The notes under the pieces are model-generated. The model worked only from the letters and a program-made list of their open reading frames with translations, ran no database searches and was not told the origin of the DNA. DNA of 63,999 bases, counting the filler, from Sphacelaria rigidula (taxonomy: Eukaryota), in assembly GCA_964200075.2 (NCBI GenBank). It is 5 parts of 5 records of this genome, joined end to end, with 100 filler letters (N's around TTAATTAATTAA, not from the genome) between each part and the next. Parts side by side here need not be neighbours in the genome. Positions count along the whole stretch, not along the records: positions 38,569 to 51,322 come from CAXNAA020003443.1; positions 51,423 to 63,999 come from CAXNAA020003610.1; 3 more parts are not named here. The stretch is one strand, 5' to 3'. The position numbers and the translations under genes were made by a program. Of this stretch, positions 38,804-51,711 are shown piece after piece. Numbering within the stretch: position 1 is the stretch's first letter; each line of letters starts with the position of its first letter.

Positions 38804-41800
38804 ACCGACCTACGTTGTGTTGGCCCTGCGGCTGCAGCATGGGTCAAGTACCCACTTTATAGAAGGAAAGTTGGTTTCAGCTCAAGAAACGCCGACGAAT
38901 GCAATAAATAGATCGAAAGTCGAGTATTACACCGCTACCGGCCCGTTCAATCTGAAGGACATTTCCTGATGACACAGAGGAAGTAAGCGTTTTCGTCGTG
39001 TCTGGTTTGGTCTTGGTACGGCGACAACAAGAACTGAAGAACTAGAGACTATGATAAGGAAGAACTCTGGGCTCGGACGACTCACTGCTGGTTCGAATCT
39101 CCAATCTACGAATCCTAAGGTCTCGTTGTTCAAAAGGGAAAAAAACATTGACTGGGGGCTAATGACTCCTCAACATAAGTTTTGCGCTGTTCCACGTGTC
39201 CGGCGTACGCATTCCTGGGGTGTAACGCTGAACGCAAAGCCCAGGGATCGCTTTGTACGGCATTAATCAAATGCACTGAAAACTATCTATTGCCAGACGA
39301 ATCACTATTCGTCCGACCCTTGGAATGATGTCGCAGACTTTGAAGGCGCTTCCTAATAGTGTGACACATTGGCAGGGTGAGTGGCGCTGCCTTGCGTATG
39401 TGTTGAATAATCATTTCAGTTTTGTTGTCTCAGCGAACGGTCCAGCAGCCAGTACGGATGCACACGAGGGTATACTTTTTCTACGAGAAAATTCAAAGAC
39501 TTTCATTAATTCATTGCAAGCAATGAATAGTGGTAATATGACGTCTGTTGTGATGGTCAAACTCTGTACGGAAGTGCCAAACTTGTACAGATGTACCACT
39601 TACACCAAGCTTATTGAATACATGCACCCCACGCAAAGTGCGACTATTTACAGATGCAATGCTAAACGACGAACGAGCGCTCGCTCCCAGGCGACCTCGA
39701 GGCAGAATGCTTAGCTTCCCACAAGATGACACATCCACCCCTTCAAACGTTTTCGGTGGTACATATGGCTGTCGCTCATGACCAGGGCAGTAACCGGTGC
39801 GCAGTCACACCTATCATCAGATCTTGCATGCATAATGGCGCCGCCACTTTTTGCAGCCGTCCACCCTATAAATATGCCACTATCATACCACGAAAAAACG
39901 GGATTCCGAACTCAAGTCCTGTGCATCTACAGTTCTACCGTTCCACTGAAGTACTGTTCGACTATTCTCCGTAATCTAGCCACGACGCGCGAGGCGGTGG
40001 TCGGCTACATCGCACTTCCATACGATTCCCCCCCTCACAACAATAATCACCCACACTACTGCTACGATGCTCTCGTGGCCGCGGCGTGCTCGATCCTCGA
40101 CAATTGGCAGAGCTGCGAGGTGTTGCATGGTTGCTGGCGGTGTTGGTGGTGGCAACAGCATTTCTGCATGTGCTGTGGTCGTGCGAAGAATCATCGGCGC
40201 CAGGAAGGCCTCGGGATTGAGTCAACACGTTCTGCGCAAACAACGAGGCAAATGCGATGTCCGAATTGAAAAACAAAAGCTGAAGGGAAGCAGTGCATAC
40301 GGTAACGTTCGTATCATGGAGGATATGCGGGCTGTATGCGACGGCTGGCAAATATTGTAAGTAAACAGGTTGCTTGCAAGTATTATCCACTAACCTAGCT
40401 ACGCCAGTCTGACACAGCCAAGAGCATGTGATATGTAAAATGGGGTCCAGAATTGAAGTGACGACACTGGGTGAACATGCAACGACATCATGGCGATCAT
40501 TCACTGATATTCGCCTCAATATTATATGCTTCCGCGAATGAAGACACAGATGCCTGGTACCGCGTGATTTTCCCACGCCACGTGCATGTACCGTTCACGC
40601 AAAAGAATGGACGCCATCACTGCAGCGAAACGAAGCGTGATATTCTTGTGAGTTTAGTACTAACAGCCCAACCGGAGCGTAAACAGCTTGTTTTTTTTTG
40701 CGCTAAGACGGTCTAATCACAGGGACATATGACATAATGTTCGACGTGGAGCAATCAAGAAGAAGCGCCAATAGATGAAAACGTACGGCCGAAGAGGCGT
40801 GTAAGAATACTTACGCCCGTGTGCTTTGCCCGTGCATTACTGTGTGAGTACGGATGTGAGCAATCCGGTGCCAGCTAAATGGACGCTTTAGGGAAACTAC
40901 TTCGTTTTAGTAGGAGAGACGACCTTGAAATCCCAGGGCTCAACTGGGACCTAGTCGGACGACGCAGGTGATCAACACAGAGAGGCAGCCAAACCAATTC
41001 GAGCAAAGGCTAGGCAGGCACGCATACATCGACCGACACAAACTTTTCTTCGTCTAGAACACCCCCCTACTCCGAGCAGCCGCGGCGGCAGTGTGGGAAG
41101 CAGGTGGCGTGACAGCCATCTAAATTTGTGGCGGTTGCCAGTAACTACGCTTGATTCAGCGAGAAATCACCGCCGTAGTACTTTAATGTGTGGCAAATCC
41201 CTCGGTGAGCACACATGCCCATCGATGAGAAGCGTACTTTCGCTGCCCATCCAGGCCATCGCGACCAGTGTGGCCAACACATGACAGTAGCGGACGCTAA
41301 TATAACTACGGACAACTTCTTGCTGTGGGATACTTGGCGCCAACACACGCCGCTGATGCACTCGCATCATACAGCGCGTCTCGTCTAGTTGCCACGGTCG
41401 TGAATGAAATGCTGCACGGCACTGCATTGTAGATACATACTCTTCGCACAAAGTTCTGCCCGGGCGGGAGTACTGTATTAGTTCTGTGAACTGCACACAC
41501 ACGTACTGCCATGCTGATCATCATGATGTTGGCTACATTTGCTAGAGAATACCCTCGAACACGTCAATTGCTCGATGCTACTCTGTGCGGTGGATGGAGG
41601 AATGTTCAAAGGGTGCGGTGCACACAAATATGGGTCATCTTTTTGCGTTATCGTTTTGCTGATGAGCCCAGGCTCTAAAACATGAAGGATTACCTGTGTG
41701 ATTCAAGCCACCATTTGAATTTAGTATCCTGCAGCATTCATACGATAGTCTCCGATATGCAACATAACAACGTGCAAGTGGCTCACCCAAAGCATTTTCA

Positions 41801-42095
41801 CTTATATGATGACCAAAAACCCAGGCCTCGCCGACCAGTACAATGTTGTATCGGATACCCCTACTGGTATCGTGTTTCGTCAGGCAAAAAAACTCTCAAC
41901 AAGGGGAGATGCATAAACAGACGATCCTCGGACGTGGGGTTGATCACAAATATGAGGTTCAAGTGGCATAGCTAAAGTGCAGGTTTGGTGCTCGATGGTG
42001 GTGCCAAGGGAAAGCATCTTCGCAAAAAAAATCTGTAACACATAACCAGGTGTGGCTAGGTGCACCACGTACAGCCAAGGGCAAGTGTCACTAAC

Positions 42096-45000
42096 CTGTA
42101 CAATCTTGCTCACAACGGATTCCCACGCGTGGTCGAAGTCATGATCCAGCCGGTATGACTCGCACACACCCCCTAAGAGTGCGGCACACACCTGCTTCGC
42201 ATCGGCCCCACTCTTTCCCCACAACGAAATACCGTCGCTGTCACTGCCACCGCAAGCACCACCACCAGTCGAAACTTTCGTTGCCGCAGTTGACGGCGAC
42301 GAGGTATCGCCGCCGCCTGCATCAGCACGCAATAGAGCTATGCTACCCCAGCACGTTAGCTCGGCGTGATCTCGAGCCTCCTTGAGACGGGAAAATGCCC
42401 TCCCTGCGGCTTCGACTTTTTTATTTCTCCCGACGAAGTCTTTTGTTGTGCAGCTAGCGTGTGGATCTGCGAGTGTGTGGTTACGCACGCCCCTCTTTGA
42501 AACGCCCCCCTTTGAAGCGTTCCAGACGTCGTGAAAAGGGAGTGATGCTCCGGGATGTTCCGCATTTTCCGCAGAATGATCCATAGAGCGACTAGGGAAT
42601 AGCTCGGAATTTCGATGCCCAGGAACACCACTCAAAGCGCCATCCTCTAAGATCGTAGTGTCACCCACCACTCCACCCGGAACATTTCCAGGGTTCTCCG
42701 CTGAGGAATAGGGCGGGCTCTGCGGAATTTCCGCGGTTGATTTGCGTCGAGAGCCATCAACCCGTCGTACGTCAGATTCCAGCCTAGGGGAAAACAAGCT
42801 CAATTTTGAGTTGCCCTGTGCTTTCAGCCAAGCGCGAAGGGCAGATGGCGAGACATGCTTCTGGATGGAGTTCTTACCTAGGCTGAGGATGCCGAGGGTG
42901 ATGAGGATAGGGCGGAGTTCGCGGAGCTGTGTAAGGGTGCGAATGTCATTGTCCGGCAGGTGGAGACAGGATAGGTTCGGGAACGTCTGGAGACGACCGA
43001 AACGGCAGTAAGGATGGGGCAGCGTGGGTGGAGCACGGGGAGTTGAAGTGGAGTCCGGGTTTCGTCGGGAAAACTGACAGTGTCAGCGAGTTGGTCACTT
43101 CAGCGGGAATTGTGGGTCTCCCGATAACCTGGGACGTCAGCTGTCCCCACGTCCATTCTCGATGACTGGACGATCCTCATCAAAGTATCGGATAGGCTAG
43201 AGAGTGAGGTACTCAACACGTATAGTGTAGACCTATCGAGTATGGGGACGTTGTCATGAGTCTGGAAAGCATTTATGACGAAATTCGGTACCGCATAGTG
43301 GCGGGTCTGATCAGGCTTGACTAGATCGGATGTGAATTCGATAAAAGGGAACAAGCTACGGCTAGCAGCACCTCTCGCCGCTGAATCGCTAGGTGGAGCC
43401 TACTGCTAAGCATTGCTATAGTCGGAGAGCAACGGTAGAGAGCATTGAACAGAGTCAAATCGAATACGAGTGAACAATAGTCTTCAACATCGAGCGGATA
43501 TAGCTTACCGCGTGAAGCTATTGAGGTGTGAACTAGTTCGGACACAACTGTACCTTGCGAGGACTGTTAGATTTGACCCTACTCCACAACCCTTGCGTTT
43601 ACACCGAGGTGCACGCATCATCACATTATCACAAGATGCCGCAAGGCACGTTGTTTTGCTGCGTTCCTCAGCAACCCGTATGATGCATTCGGTGTCATTT
43701 CCCACATCTACCGGCTGAGATGTGGCGAACACAGTGCAACAGGGCTGCGACACAGCATAGCTTCTAAGGAGCTGGGGTTGGGTACCGCTGTCAACTTCAA
43801 GCTGCGATTGCCAACCGGTATAACTACGACAGGTTCAGTGTCCCCGGGGGTTATTGTACCCGGTACAATCGCACCTCAGCTATCGCAAAGGCCTTTGAAG
43901 CAACGCTATCGACGTGGACATAGAAAAACTGTGCTTCCACGACTTGTTTCTTCAGGGAGCACACTTTGTCGTCGTCGAGCCATTTCCACACGTCGCCGTA
44001 AACCTGCCGTGGGTGAGGAGAAATTGCGCAAACGTTTATTTCAACAGAATCATGGGAGCCGAAAATTAAATGGCATCCGGGTAACGCATACTACTATTCA
44101 AACGGTACTCTGATACAACACGGAGATTGAAGAAACTTTGCCATGCGTATAATTTCGCCCTTCTTGTGGTCAGCGGAGCAAAGAGAAATGTGAGAAAGTG
44201 ATAGAAACGTTTCACAATGGTACCGGATGCACCGGGATGGCCGAGTGGAAGCACGCTCAGTTGCCCGAGAGGTACCTTGGGATGCAGATTGCAACGTCTC
44301 ACGCTTTTGTGAAGCCACCAATGTGCATGCAACGTGCTCGCACGTTGTCGTAAGGTTGTCCAACGTGCTCATACTGCACCGACCCTTTGATAAAGGTTGA
44401 CAGCTTCACAAGATGTCCCTGCGGCCACTATTGTAAACGAGAAAAAGGGTCACAGCACGCAAATATTCTAGATGACCTTGGCACCGAAACCCGAGTGTAA
44501 CCTATCTCTGCACAACAGCAAATACCAACTAGGCAGGGAATCAGTACAGTATACACATGCGGACAGCAAGCCAGCCGCCCAGTAATAACACAAGAACTAC
44601 AACACCTTGAGCGTGATCCCCGGACCACGAACCGTAGACCCCCCTTCCTCCTTCCCGTCCCAGAGCCGCTGCTCCAGCTCAAAATACGCGATCCCTCTGC
44701 CTCCCCCACCTCTTTTTCCCTCAGCCCCCCCGTGATCTCTCGACCGGTGTATACTCCGCTCACCCCCTCCCAAGGACATACGGATAGACGCGACGTGCCA
44801 TTCTGTGCGGTCCGGTGGTGATGGTGAGCACGGGCCAGCTGGTGGGTGCCCCTTAAGGTTCTCCCGTGCAGACATGGGGTTTCCGACGTCGGTCATGCCG
44901 TTGTGATTTTCACTGTTCGGGAGGGTGGTGGTAGCGCTGGTGATGTTGCCGGAGAGTCTGGAGCTTCCGGCACTGCTGCTGCGATGACGGGTTTTGGAGT

Positions 45001-48000
45001 GCCTAGAGCTCGTCAATCGATTGTCCCAACAGCTCCTGAGTGGGCGTCGTGGGGCCGGGCGCGCAACGCGCGCGGGGAGGGGTATTTCATGTGCAATGCC
45101 GTGTAGGTGGGCATTGATGTATCATATTGGATACAATGCGATGCATGTACCACCGCAGCGGGGGAGGCGTTGGCAAGAGATTATGGAACTACCGTCTCGC
45201 CAAAAACGATCGCGAACAATCTCAACTAATATGAGGAGACGGCAAAAGGGATGTCACCACCGTCTTGTCACCGAATTGCGGAAGGAAACGATATACTGCA
45301 GGCGCACGTGAGGACTGATACCACCGCCGTCACCAGTCCATTTAGTTGGCCATCAACGCGGCTGTCTTGCACAATACTGGCATGCGTTTGAGTATAGGAT
45401 TCTAGAATAGGTCAGCAGACGATCTGCGAAACGACTACCCTAACATGCCGGCATCAGTGATCATCACAGACGCTGAAACTAGAGCTTCTCAACTTCCCTG
45501 TACTTCATCAGGAATCGCTTTATTCGAACGTTGGGACCAAGACAAATAGGGGCGCATTGGCATTCGCAATGTCAAGTGACCTACTTTCACGACCAGATAT
45601 TCCGAACAACACGACAAACGCTCTCCTACGGTCTTCATTGTGTTTCATGTGTGTGTTCATGTACTTTAGCGCACCGCGTTTTTCATCTGAAGCCATGCTG
45701 CAGAACGCGGGCAATTATACTTCCATCCTGTCATATTTCACCTATATACATATACTGTATATCAATACACATTTCTGACTCTTCGTCGTTCCCTCCTTTT
45801 GCTTCTTTGCTTGACCCTTTTGTTTGTCTTGTGTGCCGTTGTTTTTAGTCTCTCAGTTTACTCCGTTTGTTGGTTCCGTCTTCCTCGGCCTTCTTCCTTT
45901 TCGACTTCCTGCTAGCGAGTGTTCCCGCTCTGTTTGGGGTGGTTACATCTAACGTTTGACCAGGGCTCGACCCCTCGGGCAACCTGTAGGTAGTGCGCGA
46001 CGATCACTCAGTCAAACAATCGAATCAAACACCCGCAAAGCGGAGATCCCGGCAACAACGCTAACGGGAGCATCACCTAGCGCCCTCTATAGCCTCTCGC
46101 CTTTCTCGCAAGGCATATCCTTCGCGATCCTCGCGGTCCCCTATGCCCATGGTTTTCTCCGCACTCATCGCAAGCCCTTGAGTGTTCAAACCGGTAAACG
46201 CGGCATGTGATCACGCAGCCAAACGATTGTCACTGCCGCCCACACTTTTACTGTCACTATTGTATACCAATGTATGATATCTTCAAGAGCACGCTTGCCC
46301 AACATACTGTTGATTGCAACTGCGCGCATGAAAACATATACGTCGTCGAAGCAGGTAAACCACGTGCTTCCGAAAACACAAATACGCGCAAGATTTTATT
46401 CGGTACTGCGAGAAAACAAGGGATAAATAATCAGCGGCAGCTACATGCGCCAGCGAGCGATGGTAGCGAGGAAAATAGACATGATACACCACTCCGAATG
46501 GGAAGATGCATAATTTTCACTTCAACCAGGAGCGTAGAGCTCCCTCGAAGACACGAGTTGAGTGTGGTGTCTCAGGACAGGTCCCTTTCAAAGATTGGTG
46601 CGCAGTATTGGGCATTTGATCACTTGTCTACAATGCTGTCCACATCGTGGTAATTTGGTGTGTGAGACACTCTCTGCGATAGCTCCCCCCCCCCGAAGTG
46701 CCCGGTTTGGCGAGACGAAATCTTCACATGAATCGAAGTAGAAAATGCCGTGCACAACGAGTGGCTGCGAATTCTCACGCTTGAGTACGTTCTCGCCAAT
46801 GTTGCCCATATGAGGCGCTTCATGCAGCCTGAACCCAAACATCAGGCGCTGTCTGACCATTTTTTTCGGGACACTTTTTGGCTGGTTTTGGGGGGGGGCT
46901 ACCGTAGAAAGTGTCGTAAATACCTTGAGCACTTCATGAGAAGCGTATTTAGTGTGTTGGCCATAGTGTAGCCAACGATCCTATGTTTTACACTTGCTGA
47001 ATCCAATGACGGTTCTGCTCACTTCCCCTCACCCCTCCCGCCACCCCTGCCTGGCGTAGCGCTGCCACACCTGCCTTCCTTGCCTGCATTATCGGAAGTT
47101 GATCCGCGGTGATGCCGATGGGAACTAGAGGAGGTCTCAGACCGGGGATGAGGGGCAGCCGTCCCCGTCCTGCTGGAAGTATAAGAGTGTGCTATTGATC
47201 CAGAAGATGGTGCCCTACTGCCTGTGCTTACGTTGCTGTTGGATGACGACGATCGCGAAGAGGCGGCCGTGTGGTCACTGTGACGAATTTTGGTGGTTGC
47301 GGTTGAGTGTGATGTACTTGGCGTTGAATGTGCGACTGAAGTCGCTGTTGAATTTGCTTCTTTCGCTGGTTGGATGTTTCCATCACTGTCATTTTTGTTG
47401 TCCGATGGTAGAAAGCCATCATATGGTTGCTGAATTCTGGGAAGCGAGTTACTATCATCGAAACTTCCGTGTCGCAATTGTCGTTGGGGGTGCTGGGATA
47501 CACCAGAGGAAGAAGATGATGGGGGTGACGTTGAGGAACAGCATGAAGAAGACGAGGAAGTTTTCCTAGATGTTCCTTGGCCGCTCCATACGGCAGCCCC
47601 GTCGTTATTGTTCCGTTTTGAGTCGCTGATCCCCACGGTCCCTGGAGCAGCCGTGGCGGTACCTGTGCCGCCACCTTCCGGATTCGCTGGAAAATGACGG
47701 GAGTGGTAATATCGGAGATCTTTGGGTGAGGTATTGCCCAGGCGGTAGGAAGACGCTGAACTATTCCCCCGTGCAGTGCAGGGAGCGAAGAACGGAGCCG
47801 TGTACGGTAATTGCTCCAGTACATGAGGGGCAATTCAATCGCTTCGCTTAAGTTCCGCGAATAAACTGGAGCGCTCATGAGACACCTGCATACTTACAGC
47901 ATAGCTGTGCAACACTATCCTACTAATGGGCAAAATCTGGTCGTGCCCAATAATGGTCTCAAGATCCAAGGTCTGCGGCTTCAGCAGTCGCTGGAAACAA

Positions 48001-49577
48001 AGCTTGATGTGATGATGAATCCATGAACATGTCAGCGGCGAACTCAGGGTTTTGCCTCAGCTTCGACTAAAGATCAATATTGCACACCAGATACGGGAAA
48101 GTACACTTCAACAACGAAGCGGTATCATTGTAGCAGCTGTGCCCTGAACGTGCCTGGGTTGTGGTGCGCGTGAGGAGGTAGCTGTTCTTGCCCTGTGACC
48201 CTCTTGAGATCCAAGTGGTGCAGCTTAGGTAGGCGTTGGAGCACGTATCGGCGATACCGGGACCCGATTCCATTTTGTCCGGCGACAGGATTACCGTCAA
48301 GATTCAATTCCAGAAGCGATCTACACCCAGACAAATGTACGGCGGTGTGAGGCCAGCATTGGAAGGGAAAGCGATGCAAGAGTTCCGTCATGTTAGCCGC
48401 TGCTTTTGTATCCCTTGCGACGGTATACCGCATCTTACGAGACGAACAAACTCATTTCACTACATGAATGAAGAGGTGACAGCAACGACATTACAGCCGC
48501 GGAAGTAAGAGTCTCAATCGCAAAAACAGACAACGGTACAGTTAAATAGCCGTGAAAAATGTGATTTATTCGGCGCTAGGGTTCACGCCAACACAGCACT
48601 TGGACGTGAGTGCACGACAACTCCCGTCAGTAGTCTGAAGCCGGCACTCGGTGAGCGCTCAATTTCCTGCCTATCGTAGGACGTAGAACTGTGACGAAGT
48701 CCGGGTGCAGTGAAAAGGGCTCGAAAAGGCACTGAGTGTCGTGAGATAGCGCAGCGCACCACATCATATACACATGTACTTCAGAAAGGAAGCAAAAAGG
48801 AAGTATTCACAGAGCACATGCATATCTGAACGGTCGTTCTCCGATCCGCCCGCACAAGGGTTGTCCGTCCAGCTGTACAGGTTGTATCTCATCTGTTCAC
48901 TTCTTCAGAGAATGGCCGGTATTCCAGTATTGTGCAATATTCCGTGTCGGAAGTCATACCAGCCGAATCCTGCCGCTTGGTATCACATATGACACCTCAC
49001 CATACCGCGTCATACTCGAGGCTGGGCACCGGACAAGAGAGCATTGACGGTTGATCCCCAGCGTCATTGACTCACCGAACTGAAAATATGCAGTCGCAGT
49101 CCTGGAAGGTCTGTATCCTGTTGTTGCTTAAGAACACCCGCTGTAGTCTCGGCAAGGCGTCTAGCTCACACACCTCGTAAATAGATGGGACGGACAGACG
49201 AACGCGTAACAGCAGCCATTAGATACCGAGACCGAAAGGAAATCAAACGTTTGTATACAAATAAGTGGAGAAATATACAGATTGATGTCGGTAGCTCCTA
49301 GAAGAGAGCAAGACAAGATATATACCAGGTACGACACTCGTGCTACTGTGTTACTGGATATTCTGCACGGCCAAGTGCTGTCGACCTTTCTTCACATGCT
49401 CGAGAACACCTTTCTTGACACACCCAGTCCATTTGTTGTTAACATTTGAGTACTACCATTCCCCTTACTACTACACTAGCTACTTTTTGATGTGCACATT
49501 CCTGTACCTGCTCTATGCAATTTCTCCTGAGGTTGAGCTCCGTCAGAGCCTTTAGACAGCTCACATTTTCCACAAGC
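42096..49577 (-). CDS. LRRC49: Leucine-rich repeat protein LRRC49-like, partial; predicted exons 49577-49508, 49173-49076, 48320-48154, 47686-47023, 45035-44606, 44003-43875, 43073-42096 (possible terminal exon 40950-40897)
   Basis: Spliced translation LVENVSCLKALTELNLRRNCIEQ|VCELDALPRLQRVFLSNNRIQTFQDCDCIFSVR|SLLELNLDGNPV...YRRYVLQRLPKLHHLDLKRVT follows the LRRC49 LRR/LRRcap pattern as recalled. The second region (TLK|VYGDVWKWL...FFYVHVD..., FPNLSCLHLPDNDIRTLTQL) matches its C-terminal LRR block. Exon phases are mutually compatible; 5' exons were not found in the contig. Confidence 0.82.
46715..46950. repeat. Dispersed repeat family D, copy 2 (inverted, intronic in the LRRC49-like gene)
   Basis: Reverse complement of 37085-37310. 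Confidence 0.8.
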
Positions 49578-50089
49578 CTTACGTCACGTGTAGCAGCAGC
49601 GGCAAGGTGTAACACAAGAACACTTTCATGTTTCGATTGAAATAAAGTACATGCATATTTACCGCAAAATAGTGGCACCGTGTTAAATCAGAGGTTGAGC
49701 ACGCCGCATTGTTTCATCGCGCATCCAAAAGGTACATGAATAGAGGTGAATGTCCCAATCAAGGTACGCCTAAGGCACCTGACGGGAAAATTCCGGTTCG
49801 TGGGAACCACGCCACGTAAAACAATACCCAGAGTATCTGGAGAGAGACAACTTTATTCTTCATCACCCAAGCTTTTCAAAATTGAAACATTATCAAGCCA
49901 AGATGCAGGAGTAGATGTGAAGTATGGCTCTATCGACGTCAAAATGCGGCGAAAACACCCTCTGTTTCAATTACGGCACACTTTACGCAGCAGTTGATTT
50001 CTCGCGACCTTAGACGTCTCAGACCATCTCCTTCGATAAAAATGCTTATTGCGGTCCGTTTTCAAGGGGAAAAAGAGAAGACCAATTCA

Positions 50090-51230
50090 ATCCGGGGATA
50101 AAAACTGCGTATCCCCTGTTTTTCTGAACAAATTCCGCCATGACTTCGGTGTTTGGCAACGCCGTACTCGACAAAAACTATTGTTTTCCTTTTTTACTTT
50201 ATCAATCCATTGTAATATGTTCTGATAGTAATCTCCCAAAGTTTGGTGTTCATCGGTTTTGATAAAGGTACTCTATCACGAGGGATGCTACGGTAGGGGT
50301 ACACAAATATTTTCTGAGGTTAGATTCGTTAGGAGCCCTTCATCTCATCCTAAACACGACTTATGAAAATATGCGAGACACGCCAGGATGACTATTCCAA
50401 TGTGCTGGGGATATCCCGAATTAATCTGCAAACGGGGATGCCCTGACCCATATCCTTGTGCATCTAGAATCGTCAGGAGCCTCAGAACCAGACAAACATT
50501 CGCGAAAAATGTGCACCCCTACCGTAGCATTGCTCTCACGCACGTCGAGTGGTTCCCCCTAGACACTCATATTTCAGCAGAAATCGATAATGACAACAAA
50601 AATGGAACATCTGGGACGTTTCAGGCCTTCTCCTTCGGTATAAATGTGTATGACACTCGTGCGGTTTGTTTTGCAAAAACAAAAATAATGCGGGGATGAA
50701 AATGACATATCCCCTAGTTTTCGGAACACATTTCGGCAGTAAGTCTGTGTTTGGCAACGCCGTACTCGACGAAAACGTTTTCATCTCCTTCTCCTTTATT
50801 AACCCATCGAAATATGGTTCAACACTTATCTCCCGAAATTTGGTGTACATGGGTTACGATGAAGGTACTATGACGCACGTTGGGTGATGCCCCCTAATTA
50901 CCAGAAATACAATGACTGCGAAAATGGAACACCTAGAGCAGGGACGTTCCAGATATTCTCCTCTCGTACAAACCTTTACGCATCGCAATGCATCACAATG
51001 CCTTACAATGCATCACTTTCCGGCACCAAAGAGGAAAAAGAGCCAATTCGGGGATAAAATTGGCCTGTCCCCGGGTTCTCGGAACAAATTTGCGCATTCT
51101 TGTCCGTGTTTGACAACGCCGAACTCGACGAACACGTTCGTAGAGCTCTATGCTTTCTCTTTGTTCAGAGCTACCCAACCAAGTGGAATCAGTTCGACAT
51201 AATTCTCGCAATAGTTGGTGTTCGACAGAT
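50090..51230. repeat. Three diverged direct copies of a ~180-bp unit (~50090-50275, ~50690-50870, ~51050-51230)
   Basis: Each copy has GGGGAT.AAA...GTGTTTG.CAACGCCG.ACTCGAC.A...TTGGTGT; probably internal or subterminal repeats of a non-coding transposon. Confidence 0.75.
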
Positions 51231-51322
51231 GCGACCGAGTGATAATGAAACACGTTTGCTGCCCCCCGCCCCCCCCATGAGGCAGTGTACAAGCTGTGGC
51301 TGTCTCTGGAAGTGGCGATACC

Positions 51323-51422
51323 NNNNNNNNNNNNNNNNNNNNNNNNNNNNNNNNNNNNNNNNNNNNTTAATTAATTAANNNNNNNNNNNNNNNNNNNNNN
51401 NNNNNNNNNNNNNNNNNNNNNN
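51323..51422. other. Artificial contig linker (44N-TTAATTAATTAA-44N)
   Basis: Same 100-bp spacer. Confidence 0.97.
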
Positions 51423-51489
51423 GGTGGGGGGGGTGGGGGGGGGGGAGGGTGTAGAGGGGGGTTTCAAGGGTGGGGGGGGGGGGGGGGAT

Positions 51490-51711
51490 TTTGGGCCACT
51501 TCTTGCACGAAATTCCAAGGCAAATCGCCGCTGAAATCAGCAACGGTAGTTCGAACGAGCTTGTTATAGATACATAACGCTCGTTCATACCGATTGACAC
51601 CGTTTTGAACCAAATACAAGCGCATCGCGAATGTTGTAGGTCATCTGACACACTCATCAGCCTATTTTTCCGTGGAATCAAATACCCCTCCCTGTATCGT
51701 AGGATGACTCA
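51490..51711. repeat. Dispersed repeat family E, copy 2; interrupts the Gypsy pol
   Basis: Matches 38580-38803 and abuts the Gypsy coding sequence at 51712. Confidence 0.78.

Noticed and set aside
50090-51230. CRISPR-like array
   Set aside because: Only three long, diverged, irregularly spaced units in eukaryotic DNA, with no cas genes.
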